Shown: positions 40,001-49,000 of the stretch, one piece after another
Layout of the letters: each line of letters opens with the position of its first letter
Position numbering within the stretch: the first letter of the stretch is position 1
Source: Nemertoderma westbladi
Taxonomy: Eukaryota > Animalia > Xenacoelomorpha
DNA: 52,869 bases
Assembly (NCBI GenBank): GCA_032718475.1
Contig: JAUCBJ010004266.1
Coordinates: 1 to 52,869 of the forward strand
Direction: 5' to 3'
The notes under the pieces: generated by a model
Databases searched by the model: none
What the model saw: the letters and a program-made list of their open reading frames with translations, nothing else
What the model was told of the DNA's origin: nothing
Position numbers and translations under genes: made by a program

Positions 40001-43000
40001 TTATATTCGGCAAGAGGCCTGTGATTGGTTACTTTGGGTATAAATATGCAGTAAGTGTGAGATGCATCTTATATTTTTTATCAAATGACTTGTGTTACCA
40101 ATGGATCAAGGAGGCATTCATTTTGACATTCTGACCAGTGGGGTACGGGCCTATTGATGCATTTCGTGATGTAACATATGGTCGTACCATTTTAGTTTGA
40201 TTACCAGGTGAATTTTGTTTGGAAATGTGTCACATATACCCATCAAGACTGCATTCACTTTAATAAACTAAACAGGGTGGCTGTGAATTTTCCCTCGTTA
40301 GATAGGCTAGTTAGGTTCCACGGTGTATATAGTGGTTGCATTGATTTCCAATCTATCTGGAAGTCGTGGGTTCGATCCCAGCATGTGGGCCAAGGCAATT
40401 TTCGATTCAGCACGAATGGTTTGAAGGGGCTAACCAGGGGGCATCTATGCCTTTTATCCTTAAATCTTAGCTCTAACGGTCGAAGAAAAGTATCTTAAAC
40501 TAATTTGAAATATTGTAAAAATATACAAATGTTAATAATAATTTAACAAACTAATTGCAACTATCAAACTAGTTAGGTACCTGGCAATTCCGGTAAAATT
40601 CCGGCCGGAATTGACCCCTTTCCGGCAATTCCGGCCGGAACCGAAATTGGGCAAATACCGCCGGAATTCCGGGACATCCCTATTAATTATATATAAAAAC
40701 AAATTTTAGTTTGTTTTATGCCAATGAGAATGAAAAAGGTTACAGGTTACATAAAGTCACAGTTGTTTCTAACCAAAACAATAACGAACTTCTCTTTAAA
40801 AATTTGTGATTCTATCACCTGTTTAAAATCGTTTTTCTTTTCGTTACAACAACTTTTTTTCTTTGCAGAAATTTATCCCAGAAATTATAACTGGTACTCA
40901 TTTTATCGACCACAGTGTAGGAAAGGATGAGTGGACACTGGCGGGGATCGAACCCGCTACCAATAGATTGCAGGCCCGGCGCACAACCAACTGAGCTACT
41001 TCTAAAATAACAACACATTAGCCTCTATAACAATAAATCCTAGTCAATCGACTTCCACTTACTTAACACTCCTTACCGCTACCGGTTGGCAAATAAACAA
41101 GTAATTACTTAATATCCATTCATTCTGTACGAACCGGAATATACAATATAACACTGACCTTTAGAGACCCCGTTTACGAGAGAGGAAGGCAATATATAGG
41201 AACCTTTGAGGCATTGTGGGTACCGGGGTTGATGAACATCGAATATATAAACCTGTTCGCCCCCCAGGTTCACCAACACCTCTTGTCCGTTGGGACTAAA
41301 TGTTACATAGGTGCTAACGAGGTTCCTATATCTCCGTCTGCGAGGAGGGAAATTCAAAAATAGTGCGGTGGATGTTTGAATAGAGGGGTTATAAAGGTAT
41401 GTTCACACGTATAGCGCTGGCTGAATTTAATAAGCATTGATAGCCATATTTAGTAAGTTTTAAAAAAACCACCACTTCAAACCTTCTATAAATCAATTAC
41501 AAATGATCTAAAACTAATATAGACAGACCTGTCAGCCATTTTGTTAGGGAGATGACCGGCTATATAATATTGTACACAATCTCCCGGTAAGGGGTACCCA
41601 GTATCAGCTTCCGAACTTTCGTCTTGGAAACAAGGCGATGGTCTGCGGTCGTCAGTTGTAGCAGCTGTAGGGAAGGCGTGCGGCTATACCAACATAAAAT
41701 AATATTATTATTAATCCACACAGATATCGTACAAAAAGTACATTATTTTATCACTAACTTACTCATTACAGATTGGGGGAGAGACAGATTGAGACAGAGG
41801 AGGGGGGGGGGGGGGGGGGGGGGGGTAATTAATTAAGGTACTTTTTATATTTTCCCCATAAAATACAGTAAAAATAACAATTTTTAAATTTCATGAATAT
41901 AGTGTCTGAAAGACGAATACCAGCATCTGCATTCCAAAAAGAGGTAATCTTCGATAATCTGATGAAAAGCCTTTAGCTTTTTAGTTTCAAAATAATAATT
42001 TTGAGATAATCAACTTTGAAATTGAAAACTTCACGCCAATTATCTGTAAAAAAATGCAAAGAATATTTAAATAGCTCCACTTTCAAAGCATAAGAAAGCA
42101 GAATAACCCTTTCAATTTTTACCAGAGGGTTTTCCTGGTTTGTTACTTCATACTACGACTATTACGATCATATATTGAAATGCTGTGCCGGCTTGTCGGC
42201 AAATTGCACCCGCCACAACTCCCTATCACCCATGACATTTGGCTCGATCATCCGCATATTCAAGGCCAGTGTCCTTTACGATGCGTCTCAAGAAAGTCAT
42301 GGGCTGTCCACCATGCTTATTCACTCCATGAGGCTGCCAAAGTACAAGATTATGCACTGGCTGGTCCTCACGGCGAAAGCAATTGTCCTGCAAAGAAGAG
42401 GGCGGCTTTGTTCTAGTGTCAAGCTTGGGGGGGACCAATGAGACACCTCAGATTATGGGCTACTTCATTGTATGCAAATGCATGTCACTAAAAATTCACT
42501 CCTTTTGGTAAAGGGGCATCAATTGAAGATTCTCACATATCTCAATAACTAAAAATTATATGGACAAGCCGATTTTAGTTTTGAATTGCCCTAAAAAAAT
42601 AAATTACATTAAATGCGAAAATAAAAAAAAATTAAATTACTCAGATCCATCCCCCCATTTATAAAACAATGAAATAAAATAGTAGCTCGATAACAGTAAA
42701 CAAACCTTTAACATTCTTAGGTCGTATATCCGTACGTATGGGTCGTTAGCTCCGACGGCTAGGAGGTAGGAATGGCAAGGGTTGATGGAAACTGATTTAA
42801 TTTCGGCGAAGTTACCGATGTAAGGGTTGAGGTTGACAAGGACGTTACAGCAACGGTTGGAACAGTTGTGGGGTTCCCTCAGGTCGAACTGCCTATAAAT
42901 AACGGGGCGCAAACTATAGGAGTCTATTGCGAATTAGTGAAATACTTAAAATTATAGTAACAATGGGTTTTTCCCGGTTGCAAAAAAGATAGTAATCCAT

Positions 43001-46000
43001 AAAGTTAAATACAAAGAGGTTTGTCGTATATGTCTACGAAACACAGAAACGAAAATAAAACTTAAAATAAACTATTAGCTGAACCCTTGAATAAAATTAC
43101 TCAAATATTTTTTGCCCAAAATTGACACACCGGGTAAAATGAAATATATAAATTTTTAATTTCCAATCCCTTCTGGTGCAGATTTTTATGAGGATTTCAA
43201 AAGTTTCTTCATTTTATGCCGATTTCTTCATAATGTTGTTTTTTCAGTCGATTCAAACCGTTTGTTAATAGCTAATGTAGGTCAAAGGTTATAAGTGATA
43301 ATGTTAACCTTCCTTACTCTGTGTAACTCTCTGAAAACTGTCTCTCTGAGATTGTGTTTCTAACGGTTTGTCTGTCAAAATATAAAAACAATGTGTTGGC
43401 AAGCTGTATTTTTCGAGGTGTTTGTTATGATACATCCCTTCCTATAATATAAATATAAAAAAGCATTCATTATAGCTAAAAGTTATGTTATGGGGGTTTT
43501 CCTGGCCACTGATTTCATTCTAAAAATCATGTATTCACCTGTAACGACAACTATTAAGTCTCCATGTCTGTATGTCAGTCTGTCTGTCGGACGATTCGCT
43601 TGTCAAAATATAAGGACATTTAGCTAAAACTTATTTGTTGTGTTTTTTTGGGAGCTAATTTTATTTCCGATATCAGTTTTCATTTTTAGTGAAGTTCAAT
43701 AAGTTCATTATGTCTGACTGTCGGTCTGTCTGTCTGTCTGTTAACTAGCTAAAAGTTTTGTTACGGGGTTACCCTGGTTGCAGAATTCATTTCCGACGGC
43801 AGTTTTGACTTTTAACAGAATCTACAGAATCAGATTAATTAACAGAATCCGTATGTCAGTTTTTCTGTTTGTCCAGCGATCTGTCTGTTAAAAAATAGGA
43901 ATGCATTGCATTGCATACCAATTAGCTAAACATTTTGTTATGGGGATTTTCACGGTTGGTGATTTCATTTCCAATGTCAGTTTTCGTGTTTGATGTCATC
44001 CACATTGTCTGATTGTCTGTTCAGCAGTCGGTTATATTTTGACGGACATACAGACAGCAACGACAGACAGCTGAAGACGCTGTCAAAAACTGACTTTAGA
44101 AATAAAATCACCTACCCGGAAAACCCTTGCAACAAAATTGATACAACATTCTAACATTTAAAATAATTACATTACCCTAACCATAAACATTAAGTGCATA
44201 TTCTGGCGAATGTAATTTATAAATTTCAAATTGCAACTAGGGCCACTAGGCTTTCTATAAATAAACGAATTCGTATGAAATTAGGCATGAATGATGACTG
44301 GGTGATGCTTAACACCCCATATAACCACTTTTTTTTATTCTCTTTATTGTAGCTGAAATATTTATAACTAATTTTTGGTCAAAAATTGAAAAAATCTGTC
44401 AAAAATGTGATTTTTTTTTAATAATTTTAGAACAGGAGTATTTATTAAAATTATGGTGATAGGGTCACCTTGCTGGACAAATGATGAAAAATTTCGATCA
44501 CTTGATGACCATATCCATATTACAATAAATTTGGGTAAAATGAAGTCTCCTAAATAAGGGAACAAAATTATTTAGTTAATTAGTCAACCACCACTTAATA
44601 ATTTATTAATAACCAATTATTTTATTGACATCTATGAATCTTTATCGCTTTTTATTACCAAATTTATGGAACATGTTAAAGTGTTAAAGAAGATTTTGCG
44701 TGAAACATGTTGTTCGAATCTGAACCATTCCTTTAAGCTTTCTTAGAATGCTCGAATGTGTTGTCTTAGTTACTCAATGGTCTTGCGGCATCCCACACCC
44801 ACCCACCCAACCCAAAGTTGGTCCCCTGTAACGCTAACATAATATTGCCAATGAAGGTTTTAAGCCTCTCCGTTGTGTTTGTGTACGCTAGAAACTGTTA
44901 AATTAGTGTAATGTGCTGTACAGTACAGAGTATATACGTACAACTGCCGTATTGTAGCCTAGCATACATCCACGTCAAGGACAATACACCAACCGACCTT
45001 ACTGTCCCGTCCCAAACTTACTGTCCCATACACCCACCTCACTGTCCCATACACCCACCTCACTGTCCCATACACCCACCTCACTGTCCCATACACCCAC
45101 CTCACTGTCCCATACACCCACCTCACTGTCCCATAATACACCCACCTTACTATCCCATACACCCACCTCACTGTCCCATACACCCACCTCACTGTCCCAT
45201 AATACACCCACCTTACTATCCCATACACCCACCTCACTGACCCATACACCCACCTCACTGTCCCATAATACACCCACCTCACTGTCCCATACACCCACCT
45301 CACTGTCCCATACACCCACCTCACTGTCCCATAATACACCCACCTTACTATCCCATACACCCACCTCACTGTCCCATACACCCACCTCACTGTCCCATAC
45401 ACCCACCTCACTGTCCAATATACCCACCTCTAGGGATGTCCCGGAATCGATATTTTGATTCCGGCCGGAACCGGAATTCAACATGCCGGAATATTCCGGC
45501 CGGAATTCCGGCCGGAACCGGAATTTTCTATAATTAGTGAAATACACTAAATGACCCAGGATATTTTATAATTTTTTATGAAACAAATGAATTTTTTTAA
45601 TTTCTACAGTAAGTTTGTTAATGAGATGAATCAGAACCTTGGGGGAATTAAGGTGGGTGGAGTGGAGAATGACCGGAGCTGTTTGTTACGGCCTATCGTG
45701 TCATTAGGTCCTTTGGTGCAATATCCTGGTGTCTTTAAGGGAAAGGAGCATGTTACAGTGACATGTTATTCGAACCAAAACAATAAACGAGGCCACTAGT
45801 GCATCACATGTTACAGTTTAATTATTGCTGGGAATAAATATATTTATGGTAAGAAATGGATTTGCTGTAAATAGAAATTAAACTACAGTACTATATTATG
45901 CAGCACCTACGGCGCAGGACTGAACTAACGACAACTCGCAGGACCTGTACGTATTGTAATAACGTTTTATATTTATATTAGTTTTAGGTTAAAGTAGTAA

Positions 46001-49000
46001 TTGTAATTGTGTTAATCGTTAATCGAGTTTCATTGCTAACTTTAGAAGGTTAGCAATTTATTTAGCCTCCTGTAATTATCATATTATTTAATAATTAATG
46101 CAAAGTAAAATAATATAAAATCAATGTAAAATAATTTAAATTCAATGTAAAATATTGTAAGATCAATGTAAAATAATGTAAAATCAATCTAAAAAACGCC
46201 ATTTTATAAGCAAATTGGAAAAACCACCCGCCAAGGCCCGTGCTCCACTGGTAAGTCTTATGTAGTCTTAGTCAGAATAAATTATGGAACACATTATTGG
46301 TTCCTCAATGGGAGCGTCTCCACTGGTAAATCGTAAGTTACGACTGTGATTATGACCCATGTTCCATCTTTTGACATATGAATCATTGTTATATCCGGCA
46401 AGATGCCTCTGATTGGTTACTTTGGGTATAATAAATATGCAGTAAATGTGAGTCGCACCTTATTTTTTTTATCAAATGACTTATGATTTATGTTACCAAT
46501 GGAGCCAGGAGCCATTCATTTTGACATTCTGACTAAGCGACTTACCAGTGGAGCACGGGGGCCTAATGATGCATTTCATAAAATATCTTCAGAACGACAA
46601 AGGGTTTAATTAGTTAATGTAAATTAAAAGGGTTATTTTGAATTGAATTGTATATGAATACTACTTAAGTGGTGTAACAGATGGTGGGACCATTTTAGTT
46701 TGATTACCAGGAGAAATATTTTTGGAAATGTGTTACATACCCATCCAAGACTGAATTCGCTGTAATAAACAGGGTGGCTGTGAATTTTCCCTCGTTACAT
46801 AGGTTAGTTAGGTTCCTTCCACCTTGGTGTAGTGGTTGCATTGATTTCCAATCTATCTGGAGGTCGTGGGTTCGATCCCTGTATGTGGGCCAAGGCAGTT
46901 TTCGATTCAGCACGAATGGTTTGAAGGGGCTAACCAGGGGGCATCTTTGCCTTGCATCCAAATGTTAGCTCTAACAGTCGAAGACAACTTTATTTCTATT
47001 CTTTTTTAGAAGTGTTGAAAAGTATCTTAAACTAATTGGTAATATTGTTTAAAAAATATACAAATGTTAATAATAATTTAACAAACTAATTGCAGCTATT
47101 AAACTAGATATGAACCTTGTAATTCCGGTAAAATTCCGGCCGGAATTGACCCCATTCCGGCAATTCCGGCCGGAACCGGAATCGGGCAAAAAACGCCGGA
47201 ATTCCGGCCGGAACGGAATTCCGGGACATCCCTACCCACCTCACTGTTCCATACATCCACCTCACTGTCCCATAATACACCCACCTCACAGTCCCATACA
47301 CCCACCTCACTGTTCCATACATCCACCTCACTGTTCCATAATACACCCACCTCACTGTTCCATACATTCACCTCACTGTCCCATAATACACCCACCTCAC
47401 TGTCCCATACACCCACCTCACTGTCCCATACACCCACCTCACTGTTCCATACACCTACCTCACTGTTCGATACACCCACCTCACTGTCCCATACACCCAC
47501 CTCACTGTTCCATACACCCACCTCACTGTTCGATACACCCACCTCACTGTCCCATACACCCACCTCACTGTTCCATACATACACCTCACTGTTCCATACA
47601 CCCACCTCACTGTTCCATACAGCCACCTCACTGTCCCATAATACACCCACCTCACAGTCCCATACACCCACCTCACTGTCCCATACACCCACCTCACTGT
47701 CCCATACACCCACCTCACTGTCCCATAATACACCCACCTCACTGTCCCATAATACACCCACCTCACTGTCCCATACACCCACCTCACAGTCCCATACACC
47801 CACCTCACTGTCCATACACCCACCTCACTGTCCCATACACCCACCTCACTGTTCCATACACCCACCCCACTGTCCCATACACCCACCTCACTGTCCCATA
47901 CACCCACCTCACTGTCCCATAAACCCACCTCACTGTCCCATACACCCACCTCACTGTCCCATAATACACCCACCTCACTGTCCCATAATACACCCAACCC
48001 ACCTCACTGTCCCATACACCCACCTCACAGTCCCATACACCCACCTCACTGTCCATACACCCACCTCACTGTCCCATACACCCACCTCACTGTTCCATAC
48101 ACCCACCCCACTGTCCCATACACCCACCTCACTGTCCATACACCCACCTCACTGTCCCATACATACACCTCACTGTCCCATACACCCACCTCACTGTCCC
48201 ATACACCCCCTCACTGTCCCATACACCCACCTTACTGTCCCATACACCCACCTCACTGTCACATACACCCACCTCACTGTCCCATACACCCACCTCACTG
48301 TCCCATACACCCACCTCACTGTCCATACACCCACCTCACTGTCCCATACATACACCTCACTGTCCCATACACCCACCTCACTGTCCCATACACCCCCTCA
48401 CTGTCCCATACACCCACCTTACTGTCCCATACACCCACCTCACTGTCACATACACCCACCTCACTGTCCCATACACCCACCTCACTGTCCCATACACCCA
48501 CCTCACTGTCCATACACCCACCTCACTGTCCCATACATACACCTCACTGTCCCATACACCCACCTCACTGTCCCATACACCCCCTCACTGTCCCATACAC
48601 CCACCTTACTGTCCCATACACCCACCTCACTGTCACATACACCCACCTCACTGTCCCATACACCCACCTCACTGTCCATACACCCACCTCACTGTCCCAT
48701 ACACCCACCTCACTGTCCCATACACCCACCTCACTGTCCCATACACCCCCTCACTGTCCCATACACCCACCTTACTGTCCCATACACCCACCTCACTGTC
48801 ACATACACCCACCTCACTGTCCATACACCCACCTCACTGTCCCATACACCCACCTCACTGTCCCATACACCCACCTCACTGTCCATACACCCACCTCACT
48901 GTCCCATACACCCACCTCACTGTCCCATACACCCACCTCACTGTCCCATACACCCCCTCACTGTCCCATACACCCACCTTACTGTCCCATACACCCACCT

